Notes under the pieces: model-generated
Databases searched by the model: none
The model's input: the letters and a program-made list of their open reading frames with translations, nothing else
Told to the model about the DNA's origin: nothing
Shown here: in pieces, positions 1 to 9,892 of the stretch
How positions within the stretch are numbered: the stretch's first letter is position 1
How the letters are laid out: each line of letters starts with the position of its first letter
Assembly (NCBI GenBank): GCA_021769035.1
Contig: JAETTP010000005.1
Coordinates: 1,519 to 65,518, forward strand
Direction of reading: 5' to 3'
Source: Bacillota bacterium
GTDB taxonomy: Bacteria; Bacillota; Dehalobacteriia; UBA4068; UBA4997
DNA length: 64,000 nucleotides
Translations under genes and position numbers: made by a program

Positions 1-477
1 CAGAAGCAGCAACCAAAGCTGCCCGCCCTCCGTCGGCGGCGAAAAGAAGCGACAAATCAGCCAATATCCCAAAACCGTCAGCAGCAGCGCCAGCCCTACG
101 GCCCCGCCAACCAGCAAGCGCTGCCAAACCAGCGGCAGATGAACCGGCAGCAGCATAACCTGCAACGAGGCCACCAACCCCGACGCCAGCTGTGGCACGC
201 ACAGGGCCAGCAGAGCCGCCGCCAAAGCCGCAGCCCCAGGCAGCTTCCGCCGGCAAAAGGCGTATAAAAGCAGCAGTTCCAGCAGCCAGATCAGGAGCGG
301 TTCGCCAACCGTCGGCCACAAGTTGAGCAAAAATGCCAAGCTGCAAAGCAGCGCAGGATAAAGCAAATAGCACCAGGCAGGCTGCGGCCGCCGATTCAAC
401 CTGCCCACAAACGCCAAATGCAACACGCCCTGCCCGCAAACCGAGGCCAAATTTAACCCTAAACTAAACCAATCCAT
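1..477 (-). CDS. Multi-TM membrane protein, probable N-terminus of a GHKL sensor histidine kinase (partial, runs off the window)
   Basis: Not in the ORF track. Read by hand from ATG 477 (MDWFSLGLNLASVCGQGVLHLAF...), open to base 1 and very hydrophobic. Overlaps the LytTR gene end. The kinase domain itself is not visible. Confidence 0.7.
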   Translation of the reverse strand, partial: MDWFSLGLNLASVCGQGVLHLAFVGRLNRRPQPAWCYLLYPALLCSLAFLLNLWPTVGEPLLIWLLELLLLYAFCRRKLPGAAALAAALLALCVPQLASGLVASLQVMLLPVHLPLVWQRLLVGGAVGLALLLTVLGYWLICRFFSPPTEGGQLWLLLL

Positions 478-1228
478 TGCCGCTCCTTTTCTGCATTGCC
501 ACCAGCAAGGCCTGCCGCAGCTCCGCCTCCCGCAGGCGCGAAACCGGAATTTCCTCGCCCTGTGCCAAACGCAGCCGGCCGCCGCTGCAACCGCGCACAT
601 AAGCCAAATTTACCAGATAACTGCGATGGCAACGGAAAAAGCGCTCGCCCAAACGGCTTTGCAGCTTTTCCAAACGCTCGTAAAAATCAATTATCTCCGT
701 TTTACCGTCCGGCCACTGCAAATGCAGATAAACCTTGCGCCCCAAAACCTCGCAGTAAACCAGCTGCTGCAACGGCACCAGCAGGCGCTCCTGCCCCTTT
801 TGGACAAGCAGCTGATCAGGCTCCTGATTTTCTCGGCTTTCCAGGCTTTGCCGCAGCCGGTTCAGTGTCTGGGCTAACGCCTCCGGCTGCAATGGCTTCA
901 GCAAGTAGTCAAACGGCTGCACCTCAAAGGATTGAAAAACCAGCTCCCGCAGCACCGTAACGAAGATCAGAAAGCCGTCAAATCCCTGCCGCCGCAGCTC
1001 TTTGGCCGCCGTCAGACCGTCCGGCGGCGGCATTTTAATATCCAAGCATATCACCTGCGGCTGCCAGGCCAGCTGTTGCAGTAGGGCCTCGGCCCCGGCA
1101 AAGGCCCGCACCTCCGCCGGCCTGCCAACCTGGCGCCAAAAAGCGCCCAGCTGCTCCACCAGCTGCCGACGCATTGGCGCCTCATCATCGCAAACGGCAA
1201 TCCGCAGGATTTCCCCAGCCGGCTTCAA
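464..1228 (-). CDS. LytTR-family response regulator
   Basis: Receiver motifs IAVCDDE, LDIKMP, YLLKP; LytTR motif FFRCHRSYLVN...IPVSR. Confidence 0.95.
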   Translation of the reverse strand: MKPAGEILRIAVCDDEAPMRRQLVEQLGAFWRQVGRPAEVRAFAGAEALLQQLAWQPQVICLDIKMPPPDGLTAAKELRRQGFDGFLIFVTVLRELVFQSFEVQPFDYLLKPLQPEALAQTLNRLRQSLESRENQEPDQLLVQKGQERLLVPLQQLVYCEVLGRKVYLHLQWPDGKTEIIDFYERLEKLQSRLGERFFRCHRSYLVNLAYVRGCSGGRLRLAQGEEIPVSRLREAELRQALLVAMQKRSGNGLV

Positions 1229-1812
1229 AAACGTCCCAGCTTCAGCAAACCATGCTGGCTACAATAAAGATAAAGATCGCCGCGGCCCTGTTTGGGGAAG
1301 CGCACCTCCGCCGCCTGCTCCGGGTAAAGCTTCATAAACAGCACCCGGTCATAAGTTGCATAAGCCACAAAGGAGATGTAATGCTCCTTGCTCATCTCAT
1401 GCGTCCAGGTGAGGTAACATTCGTCCTCCACCGCGCCCACCTCCGGCCGGTGCAGCTCGTCCGCCGGCTGGGCCTCCAAAGGCTGCAAACGCCGGCCGCA
1501 GCAGGTCACCTCCGCTTCGCCCAGGGCAAAAAGCGCACTGCCACAGTTGGGACAAACGTAAAACTTCAATTTTCGCATATTTCCTACCTCCTGTTCATTG
1601 GGCTGCAAATCGCCCGCCAAAATCTGTTCAATATTCACACCAAAAACCGCCGAAAGCTCCCGCAGCAGCGAAACGTCCGGCAGGCCCAGCCCCCGCTCCC
1701 ATTTGGATATAGTGCGGTCGCTCAGGCCCAGGCGCTCAGCCAGCTGTTTTTGCGTCAGCCCGCGTTCCTGCCGCAGGCTTAAAATCAACTGGCCAACTTT
1801 GCTGCAATCCAT
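1225..1812 (-). CDS. XRE HTH regulator fused to a desulfoferrodoxin-like domain
   Basis: LTQKQLAERLGLSDRTISKWERG HTH; FYVCPNC..CCG; ELHRP, HEM, HYI, CSQHG. Start is 1812, or possibly 1818/1821. Confidence 0.92.
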   Translation of the reverse strand: MDCSKVGQLILSLRQERGLTQKQLAERLGLSDRTISKWERGLGLPDVSLLRELSAVFGVNIEQILAGDLQPNEQEVGNMRKLKFYVCPNCGSALFALGEAEVTCCGRRLQPLEAQPADELHRPEVGAVEDECYLTWTHEMSKEHYISFVAYATYDRVLFMKLYPEQAAEVRFPKQGRGDLYLYCSQHGLLKLGRF

Positions 1813-1924
1813 TTTCATCACCTCTGCTATTTAGTATAAAACATTTTGCCCATTTTTGCAACCAACGCTCCGTGGAGTTTAATTAATTGGCAAATTTTTC
1901 AGGCTAAACTACCCGCTTGGGGAG

Positions 1925-1954
1925 TGGACAACCGCGCCAAACCTTTGATAAAAT
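1925..1954 (+). promoter_or_regulatory. Putative sigma-A promoter of the LuxR gene
   Basis: TGGACA-18 nt-TAAAAT with extended TG; RBS AAGGAGG before ATG 1991. Confidence 0.5.
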
Positions 1955-1990
1955 ATAATAAGATTAAACTGGGAAAGGAGGCAAGCGGCT

Positions 1991-4360
1991 ATGGAAAGCC
2001 AGCAAGAGGGCTATGTTATGCCGCCGGCAGCCCTGCAAAAGCTACGCGCAGCCCGCAATGCGGCCCAAACGGTTTACATTTACGGTGCAACAGGCTTTGG
2101 CAAAACGGAGCTGTTGCGGCATTACTTGCACAAACGGCATTACACCTATCTTTCCTGCGCCCAGCTGCCATGGGCAAATTGGCCATTGCCTAAGCAAAGC
2201 CGCCGGCACCCGGTGGTTTTGGACGACTTGCACCTGCTACATGACGAGCGTTTGCAACGCCAGATTTTGGAGCTTTGCACCCGTCCGGATATTTGGCTGC
2301 TGCTGAGCAGCCGCAGTCCTTTGCCCAACTGGCTGCTTTCAAGCTACGTCAACCATGGCTTTATCATCATAACGGAAGATAATCTGCGCTTGGGCAAGGC
2401 GGAAATCAACGCGCTGCTGGCCGCCAGCGGCCTCAGCTGCACCGACGAGGAGCTGCAATTTTTGGCGGAAACCAGCCAAGGCAACGCCTACGCCCTGCGC
2501 CACACCGCCTTGTGTATGCAAAACGGCCGGCGGGTGGGAACCGATCTTTATCTGGAGCTGGAAAGCGCCTTTGCAGAATATTTGGAAAACAATGTGCTCA
2601 ATCGCTGGGATCCTGATTTGCTGGATTTTCTGTTGCAGGTTTGCGTGGTCGATGAGTTCAGCCTGGAGCTGGCGGAGTTAATCTCCGGCAACAGCCACGT
2701 GCTGGCCCTGCTGGAAAAGGCGGCGGCCACCGGCAACTTCCTCAGCCGGGAGGGGTCGGTCTATCGCCTGCGTTACGTGCTGCTAAAGGCGTTGCGCCGT
2801 CAGGCGGAAAAACGCTTTGGGCCCCAGCAGCAAAAGGATTGTGCCTACCGGGCCGGTTTATATTACGCAATGAATGGACAAATTTTGCTGGCCCTAAAAA
2901 TGTTTGAACAAAGCGGCAAGCGGGAGCGGATTAAGGAACTGCTGATCCGCAACGCCCGCTTGAACCCCGGCAACGGGCATTACTGGGAGCTGCGCCATTA
3001 TTATCTCAGCCTGGAGGAGGCTGAAATTGCTGAAAGTCCCGTGTTGATGTCAGCAATGAGCATGCTGCACTCGCTAATGCTGAATCCCCAAACCAGCGAA
3101 CTTTGGTATAACCGACTGAAAAAATTCACCGCCAGGCAGGAAAGCGGCGCCAAACGGGAGGCGCAGGTGCAGCTGGCCTATTTGGATATTGCCCTGCCCC
3201 ACCGCGGCAGCCGCGGCATGGTGGGGATTATGAAAGCCATTCCCAGCCTGCTGCTGGACAAAGGCCTGCAACTGCCGGAGTTCTCCGTCACCAGCAATCT
3301 GCCCAGCACTATGAACGGCGGCAAGGATTTTTGCCATTGGAGCCCTTACGACCGCCAACTGGCCGCCGGCATCGGCGGGCTGGTGGAACGCATTTTGGGG
3401 CGCGGCGGCAAGGGGCTGGTTAAAGCCGCCCTGGGCGAAAGCCTTTACGAAAAGGGCGAGGACACCTACAAGGTGCTCTCCCTCCTTTCCCGCGCCCAGC
3501 TGGAAACGGAAAACGGCGGCCTGCCGGAAATTGCCTTTGCCGCCGTGGGCGTACGGGTGCGGCTGATGTTGCTGGCGGACGACGCGGAGGCGGCGCGTGA
3601 TATTTTGGCTGCCTTTGCCACAGCCGTGCAGGAACAAAAGGCCACCCAGCTGCTGCCTAATATTCGGGCCCTGCAATGCCGGCTGGCCCTTTACACCGGC
3701 AACACGGCTAGCGTTGCCAGCTGGCTACAGGAAGCGCCCAACGAGGACAAGGAATTTTGCGTGCTGGAGCGTTACCGTTACTTGACTAAAGTGCGCTGTT
3801 ACCTTGCCCGCGGCGAACATCTGCGCGCCCTGGCCCTGCTGGAAAAGCTGCGTTACTACGCTGAAATTTGCAAACGGCCTTATGTTAATATGGAATGCGG
3901 CCTGCTGACGGCCATTGTGAAGCAACGCCTGGGGCAAGAGGATTGGCAGACGGAGCTGCTGCCGGCCCTGCAACAAGCCTGCGGCTTCGGCTTTATCCGC
4001 CTGATTAGCGAGGAAGGCGCGGCCATCTATCCGCTTTTGCAGCAGCTGGCGGCCAAAAAGCAAACGCCGCCCCAGCTGGAAGCCGCCTGGTGGCAGCGTC
4101 TGCTACAGGAAACCGAAACAATGGCCCGGCGTTACCCGCTTTATCTTCAGCGGCAGGCGGCCAGCACGCAGGATTTTTGCGCGCAGGCTTTGCAAATTCT
4201 GCGCTTGCAAGCGGACGGGCTCAGCGTGAAGCAGATTGCCGAACAGCTTGAAATCAAACCTAACACTGTTAAATATCACATCAAGGAAAATTACCGCAAG
4301 CTTGGCGTTTCCGACAAAACCGGCGCGCTGCTGGCGGCCCGCGGCCTTGGTTTGATATAA
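1991..4360 (+). CDS. MalT-like ATP-dependent LuxR-family transcriptional regulator
   Basis: Walker A GATGFGKT, Walker B VVLDD, helical middle region, C-terminal LuxR HTH (GLSVKQIAEQLEIKPNTVKYH). Confidence 0.9.
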   Translation: MESQQEGYVMPPAALQKLRAARNAAQTVYIYGATGFGKTELLRHYLHKRHYTYLSCAQLPWANWPLPKQSRRHPVVLDDLHLLHDERLQRQILELCTRPDIWLLLSSRSPLPNWLLSSYVNHGFIIITEDNLRLGKAEINALLAASGLSCTDEELQFLAETSQGNAYALRHTALCMQNGRRVGTDLYLELESAFAEYLENNVLNRWDPDLLDFLLQVCVVDEFSLELAELISGNSHVLALLEKAAATGNFLSREGSVYRLRYVLLKALRRQAEKRFGPQQQKDCAYRAGLYYAMNGQILLALKMFEQSGKRERIKELLIRNARLNPGNGHYWELRHYYLSLEEAEIAESPVLMSAMSMLHSLMLNPQTSELWYNRLKKFTARQESGAKREAQVQLAYLDIALPHRGSRGMVGIMKAIPSLLLDKGLQLPEFSVTSNLPSTMNGGKDFCHWSPYDRQLAAGIGGLVERILGRGGKGLVKAALGESLYEKGEDTYKVLSLLSRAQLETENGGLPEIAFAAVGVRVRLMLLADDAEAARDILAAFATAVQEQKATQLLPNIRALQCRLALYTGNTASVASWLQEAPNEDKEFCVLERYRYLTKVRCYLARGEHLRALALLEKLRYYAEICKRPYVNMECGLLTAIVKQRLGQEDWQTELLPALQQACGFGFIRLISEEGAAIYPLLQQLAAKKQTPPQLEAAWWQRLLQETETMARRYPLYLQRQAASTQDFCAQALQILRLQADGLSVKQIAEQLEIKPNTVKYHIKENYRKLGVSDKTGALLAARGLGLI

Positions 4361-4381
4361 ATATATTTCTAAATTTTTTTT

Positions 4382-4421
4382 ACAAAGCCCTAGGGCTTTG
4401 TCTATCCCTTTGGGATAGACA
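4382..4421. promoter_or_regulatory. Two overlapping palindromes, putative operator sites
   Basis: Perfect 20-bp palindrome ACAAAGCCCTAGGGCTTTGT (4382-4401) and TGTCTATCCC-TTT-GGGATAGACA (4399-4421). Confidence 0.55.
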
Positions 4422-4467
4422 CGAACTTTTGTTCACTATTATAATGGAAGAAACTGGAGGTATTTTT

Positions 4468-7400
4468 ATGAAAAAGCGTTTGGGGACTTTTATTTCAGCC
4501 CTGCTTTTTTGCCTGCTCTGCCTGCCCGGCGTTTGTTTGGCGGCAGAATTTACGGTTGAAAACCTGAAATACCAAACCACCGGTGAAAATACGGTGGAGG
4601 TTACGGGAATGGTAACCCCTTTGTCGGAGCCTGGCAAGCTGGTTATTCCGGCCACGGTAACCAGCAATGGCAAGCAATACACGGTTACGGCGATTGGTGG
4701 AAGTGCGTTTTATGCAGCAAATTCTTTTAGTGTAAATAATACTATCAAAAGCGTTGAGCTGCCGAATACCATAACCACAATCGGATCCGCTGCTTTTAGC
4801 CAATGTGCAAATTTGAAATCAATAGAAATACCAGCAGGCGTTCAAACTCTTAACAGCAGTGTTTTTAAAAATTGCACTGCGCTAGAAACAGTTACTCTGA
4901 ACGAAGGCTTAAAAGAAATCGGTCAGGAAACCTTTTACGGTTGCACTGCTTTAACAGAAATAAACCTACCAAACAGCCTGCAAACTATTGTTAGATGGTC
5001 TTTTATCAAAGCCGGGCTTACCAAATTAACTTGCCCTGAAAATTTAAACACTATTCAAAGCGGCGCTTTTAATAATTGCACCAACCTGAAAGACATCACC
5101 TTAAATGAAAACCTGCAAACCATTGAATCAACCGTTTTTGAACATTGCGGTTTTTCAGAAATTACGGTGCCCGCCAGTACAAACGTTGACCCAAGTGCTT
5201 TCAATAGTTGCACAGGCACAATTAAGGTGCACACAACACAATTATATGCCGCTTTGGTCAATAACAAAGAAAAATATCACTTCACCTACACTGTGCAACT
5301 GCTTGGTTCACTGCAAAATATTGAATTTGACGACGGCGATTATCATTTTATTATTATCGACGCTGATAATAAAGAAGTACAGCTTACCGGAATGTCGGCA
5401 GCTTATAAACAAGCCAATGGCAACACAAAACCCAGCGGCGCATTAACAATTCCCGACCAAGCAAGCGGCTATGGTAACAGCTATACGGTAACTTCTATTG
5501 GCGTTAGCGCGTTTAACGGCTGTGCCGGCTTGGCCGAGGTTAATTTGCCGGAATCCTTAACCAACATCAGCCAAGACTCTTTCAGAGAGTGCTACGGTTT
5601 AAGCAGAATAGAACTGCCGAATAACATCAAAACCATTGACAGCACCGCTTTTGTTTCCTGCAAAAACCTAAGCGAGATTAAATGGCCGGCTAATTTGGAA
5701 AGTATCGGCGATGGAGCTTTCCAAACCTGCCCAATAACCACCCTGCAATTACCAGATACGCTTCAACAAATTGGTGACGGCGCTTTTTACAACTGCCAGG
5801 AATTACAAAATGTTATTTTGCCGGACAACTTGCAAAGTATTGGTGAACAAGCATTTGAATATTGTGCCAAACTGGAGGCTGTCAGTTTACCAACCGGCTT
5901 AAAAGAAATGGGAACTAGCGTTTTTGCTTTTTGCCCTAACTTAAAAACAGTAACCTTTCCCGCTAATATTAATTTAACAAAACTTCCTAATTCCGCCTTT
6001 GCCAGCTGCACAAGTTTAGAGAATATTGAACTGCCGGCATCAATCAAAACTATTGGTACGGAAGCTTTTTCCACCTGCACCAGTCTGCAAAGCGTAACCC
6101 TACCGGAAAATCTGGAGGTTTTGGAGCAAGGCGCATTCTTTAACTGCACCAGCCTTTCCGGAAAATTACAGCTGCCGGAAAGCCTGACAAACATCGGCTA
6201 TCGAACCTTTAAGGGCTGCACCGGCCTGGAGCGCATTTACATCACCGGCAGCAACCTGCAAAACGTGTCCGCGGAGGCCTTTGCCGGCGTGCCGCTTGTC
6301 ACCTGCGACAGCGAGGAAATGCTGGAATGGCTGACTGACCGCGCCGGCGACGGCACCAAAATCAGGCTGCAAAATTACCCGATTAGCGTCAGCAGCGAAC
6401 CGGCCAAGGGCGGCTCCGCCACAGCTTCCGCCAGCATCGCCGCCATTGGCGACAGAATCACTTTAACGGCAACCCCCAACGAGGGCTGGCTGTTTGAAAA
6501 ATGGCAGCCGGAGGAACTGGAAATTACCAACAACGGCTTCACCATGCCGGATTACGCCGTGAACATTCAGGCCATTTTTAAGGAGGAAGAAAAACCCACC
6601 CCGCCCGATCCGGAAGAACCGATTAAGCCGGTTGACCCTCAACCCAGCGTTTACATCATTAACTACGACACCGACGGCGGCACCCTGGTGGGCGCACCCA
6701 ACCCGGATTCCGCAACCAGCGGCCAGGAATATAAAATGCCGGCGGCCAACAAAAGCGGCAACACGCTGAAGCACTGGGCCATTGGCGGCAAAACCAGCAA
6801 CATCACCGCCAACCCCGGCGACGTTTACACCTTTACGGCAGACACCTGGGTTTACGCCATTTGGCAGCCCGACAATACCAACCAGCCCAGCGGCGGCGGT
6901 GGCGGCCACCGGCCCAGTCAAACCAAACCGACCGAAACGGTTAAGCCAACTGAACCAACGCAACCAGGCAAACCGAACGCCGGCAACGCTGACAACATCA
7001 GCAGCATTTTCCAGGATTTGCAGCCCGGCGCTTGGTACTCTGAGGCCATTGCCTATGTTTACGCTCAAGGCTTAATGCAAGGCGTGGCGGAGAGCGAATT
7101 TGCCCCAAACGCCAATTTATCCCGCGCCATGCTGGCCCAAATCATTTACAATATGGCCGGCCAGCCGGAAACGACCTCCAACGGCAGCTTTGCGGATGTG
7201 GCGGACAACGCCTGGTACAGCAAAGCAATCAGTTGGGCCAATGCGCAAGGTGTTGTAACTGGCTACAGCCTAACGGAGTTTGCGCCCAACGCGGAAATCA
7301 CCAGGGAGCAGCTGATTGTAATGCTCTGGCGTTACGCCGGCCAACCCGCGGCCAACCGGCAGCAAGCCGACTTCCCGGATTGGCAGCAAAGCAGCGCTTA

Positions 7401-7542
7401 TGCCCGCCAGGCCCTCTGCTGGGCCGCCGAAAACGGCTTAATCAAGGGGCACACCGACGGCACGCTTCGCCCACAGGCCCCGGCCACCAGAGCGGAGGCC
7501 GCACAAGTGCTACAAAATTTCCTAATAAAAATTAGTAAATGA
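4468..7542 (+). CDS. BspA-like leucine-rich-repeat surface protein with C-terminal SLH domains
   Basis: RBS GGAGG before ATG 4468; signal peptide; many LPxxLxxIGxxAFxxC repeats; InlB-B-like repeats; three SLH (SRAML, TREQL, TRAEAA). Confidence 0.93.
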   Translation: MKKRLGTFISALLFCLLCLPGVCLAAEFTVENLKYQTTGENTVEVTGMVTPLSEPGKLVIPATVTSNGKQYTVTAIGGSAFYAANSFSVNNTIKSVELPNTITTIGSAAFSQCANLKSIEIPAGVQTLNSSVFKNCTALETVTLNEGLKEIGQETFYGCTALTEINLPNSLQTIVRWSFIKAGLTKLTCPENLNTIQSGAFNNCTNLKDITLNENLQTIESTVFEHCGFSEITVPASTNVDPSAFNSCTGTIKVHTTQLYAALVNNKEKYHFTYTVQLLGSLQNIEFDDGDYHFIIIDADNKEVQLTGMSAAYKQANGNTKPSGALTIPDQASGYGNSYTVTSIGVSAFNGCAGLAEVNLPESLTNISQDSFRECYGLSRIELPNNIKTIDSTAFVSCKNLSEIKWPANLESIGDGAFQTCPITTLQLPDTLQQIGDGAFYNCQELQNVILPDNLQSIGEQAFEYCAKLEAVSLPTGLKEMGTSVFAFCPNLKTVTFPANINLTKLPNSAFASCTSLENIELPASIKTIGTEAFSTCTSLQSVTLPENLEVLEQGAFFNCTSLSGKLQLPESLTNIGYRTFKGCTGLERIYITGSNLQNVSAEAFAGVPLVTCDSEEMLEWLTDRAGDGTKIRLQNYPISVSSEPAKGGSATASASIAAIGDRITLTATPNEGWLFEKWQPEELEITNNGFTMPDYAVNIQAIFKEEEKPTPPDPEEPIKPVDPQPSVYIINYDTDGGTLVGAPNPDSATSGQEYKMPAANKSGNTLKHWAIGGKTSNITANPGDVYTFTADTWVYAIWQPDNTNQPSGGGGGHRPSQTKPTETVKPTEPTQPGKPNAGNADNISSIFQDLQPGAWYSEAIAYVYAQGLMQGVAESEFAPNANLSRAMLAQIIYNMAGQPETTSNGSFADVADNAWYSKAISWANAQGVVTGYSLTEFAPNAEITREQLIVMLWRYAGQPAANRQQADFPDWQQSSAYARQALCWAAENGLIKGHTDGTLRPQAPATRAEAAQVLQNFLIKISK

Positions 7543-7557
7543 GAAACAAACCATAAC

Positions 7558-7600
7558 AAAAGCGCCTGCACCAATTAAAAATAATCGGTGCAGGCTTTTT
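7558..7600. terminator. Bidirectional intrinsic terminator
   Basis: GCCTGCACC...GGTGCAGGC flanked by A and T tracts between convergent genes. Confidence 0.8.
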
Positions 7601-7614
7601 AGTCATATTAAAAA

Positions 7615-9045
7615 TCAAATCGTACCGAACGCCGGCACAAAGTTCATCAATAACCAGCCAAACAGCGTGATCACCAAAATGCTGAGCATGGTTAAGGCAA
7701 CGCCATTTTTGCCCATAAACGAGGGCTTCAGGCCAAAACCCACCGGAATGGCCCGGATTGAGGTGGGTAAAATATAAGCACAGTTGAAAGCAGCCGAGGC
7801 GATAAAGATATAGGGAATAGGGTTCAGCCCTAGCTGTTGGGTAACGCTGATAACCACCGGCAAGGAAATGGCCGCGGCGGCAGTGTTGCTGGCAATCTCC
7901 GCCAACAGAATGGTAAAGGCGACAAAAATCAGGATCGTAAACAGGCCGCCGGTCAAATTGCAGGCTGCCAGTTGGGCCGCCAAAACCTGCGCCGCGCCGG
8001 AATCGCTAATCATTCCACCCACAGCCATGCCGCCGGCGATCAGGAAAAGCAGGTTCCAGCCAATATTACGCTCCGCTTTGGCCCAGGTTAAAAATGGCCT
8101 GCCGTCGCTTTTAGGCAGCACAAAAGTTAGCATACCGCAAAGCATAAATATGTAAGCCGGCTTCAGGCCCGGCAGCCATTGCTCAAACAATGGCCGCGCA
8201 AAAGCCAGCAAGGTTGCCGCCCCAAACAATACCACGCTGACGGCCTCATCGCGGTTCATCGGCGGCAGCTCCTGATAGAGGCCGCGGAAATATTCCTTGC
8301 TGCCATCCAGCCGCACATTTTTCGGCTTAATCAGCAGTAGATACAGCACCCCAACCACAATCAACAGCAACATAAAAGGCACCAGACGCACAATCCAATC
8401 CAGATAAGCAAACTCCTGACCGGTGAGTTGCTCAAAATAGCCCACCGAAATCAGGTTCATCGCGCCGCCCAGGGGCGTGCCCACGCCGCCCACGCCGGCG
8501 CCCCAAGCAATCGCCGCTAAAATAATGGAGCGAATTGGGCTATCCGCCGGGCTAACATATTGCAGCATCGCAAAGGCAATAGGGGTCAGTACCATACACA
8601 CCACCGCATTGGGCAGCACCGTGGAAAGCACCGCCGGCAGTACAAACCAGATTACGATTTGCTGCGTAGCGGACGGGCCGATAATGCAGAGAGCCTTGAG
8701 GGAGAGCCGGCGGTCAAAGCCGGTTTCCTGCCAGGTAATCGCCAACAAATCCGCCCCCAAAAGCAGCACCACAATCTCTGAAAAATAGCTGCTAATAATG
8801 CTACTCATCGGCAAAATAGCAAACAGCGAATTAACAACAACAGGCACAAAAGCGGTCACTGCCGGACTAACCGGCACCGTAATCCACCAAAAACCCATCC
8901 AAACCACCGTGCCCACAGCCACCCGCGCTTCTAGCTCAAACAGATTAGCCGGCAGCAACAGCACCACCAACGCAAACAGCAGCGGCCCCAACGCTATATA
9001 CAACCTTTGGGCGCAGCTCAGCGGTTTATCCTCCATTGACAACAT
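7615..9045 (-). CDS. DASS/SLC13-family Na+/anion (dicarboxylate or sulfate) transporter
   Basis: Many TM helices; GGVGTPLGGAMN and EIASNTAAA motifs. Confidence 0.88.
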   Translation of the reverse strand: MLSMEDKPLSCAQRLYIALGPLLFALVVLLLPANLFELEARVAVGTVVWMGFWWITVPVSPAVTAFVPVVVNSLFAILPMSSIISSYFSEIVVLLLGADLLAITWQETGFDRRLSLKALCIIGPSATQQIVIWFVLPAVLSTVLPNAVVCMVLTPIAFAMLQYVSPADSPIRSIILAAIAWGAGVGGVGTPLGGAMNLISVGYFEQLTGQEFAYLDWIVRLVPFMLLLIVVGVLYLLLIKPKNVRLDGSKEYFRGLYQELPPMNRDEAVSVVLFGAATLLAFARPLFEQWLPGLKPAYIFMLCGMLTFVLPKSDGRPFLTWAKAERNIGWNLLFLIAGGMAVGGMISDSGAAQVLAAQLAACNLTGGLFTILIFVAFTILLAEIASNTAAAAISLPVVISVTQQLGLNPIPYIFIASAAFNCAYILPTSIRAIPVGFGLKPSFMGKNGVALTMLSILVITLFGWLLMNFVPAFGTI

Positions 9046-9129
9046 CCCCTTACAAGCTTTTAGTTATAGTATACGCTATTTTGCGACAAAACTCCTGCCT
9101 GACGCAGTGTTTTTTGCCTAATCCGTAGC

Positions 9130-9792
9130 CTACTCGCTCATGCGGTAATGCCCCACAATATCCCGCCGTCTTTCCAGCACATCTTCCTCATAAGCAGCCT
9201 GGAAAGGGTTGGCGTGGTGAATAAGATACGGCACGCCGGAATCATTGCGCAAGTTGGAAACTATGCCAATATGCTTCTTAAAAATTACAATATCACCGCC
9301 CTGCCATGCGGCAATATTATGCACATCCGTGTCCAGGGCCAGCGCGTTGCCGGCAAAATAAACCTGCAAATTAGGCACCCGGCGGAAATCAATCCGCGCG
9401 TCCGGCTCCGCCACCGCGTAAGCCTCCGGCCGGGCCGCGATATCCAACGCCACCAGCTGCTGCAAATCGTAACCGGCGGCCAGCAAAGCCTGGGCCACCA
9501 CATCAGTACAAACGCCAAAATGGTCGTCTGGATAACCGCTTTCATAATACTTGCTTTTGTAAACCGGGTTGGTTGCAATATAATCCCTGGCCCCCTGCAA
9601 TATATCGGTTTGGTCGTCCAGCCCGTCGCCGTCCCTATCCTGCGAGCTTATTTGCTCTGCAACGCCAAAATCCGCATTGGTATAAGCGTCAGGCAAGGCG
9701 CTGCTAGTACCGATAAAATAAAACCGACCGGCGTAAAGCGCACCCAGCAACGTCAACAGTAGCAAGCACGCCAAAAATTTCCGCTTTCTCAT
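9130..9792 (-). CDS. DUF1287-family exported protein (NlpC/P60-like)
   Basis: GVCTDVV, IDFRRVPNL, WQGGDIV..HIGIVS, LIHH. Confidence 0.85.
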   Translation of the reverse strand: MRKRKFLACLLLLTLLGALYAGRFYFIGTSSALPDAYTNADFGVAEQISSQDRDGDGLDDQTDILQGARDYIATNPVYKSKYYESGYPDDHFGVCTDVVAQALLAAGYDLQQLVALDIAARPEAYAVAEPDARIDFRRVPNLQVYFAGNALALDTDVHNIAAWQGGDIVIFKKHIGIVSNLRNDSGVPYLIHHANPFQAAYEEDVLERRRDIVGHYRMSE

Positions 9793-9826
9793 TCATTTAA
9801 CCTCCAAGCATATCACCATTTAAGCG

Positions 9827-9863
9827 CAGGCAGCCAACCCCACAAAATGGAGCTGGCTGCCTG
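9827..9863 (-). terminator. Stem-loop downstream of the giant SLH gene
   Basis: CAGGCAGCCA...TGGCTGCCTG inverted repeat; weak U-tract. Confidence 0.55.
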
Positions 9864-9892
9864 ACGATTTTTAATAAGTCAATTTTGGCCGT

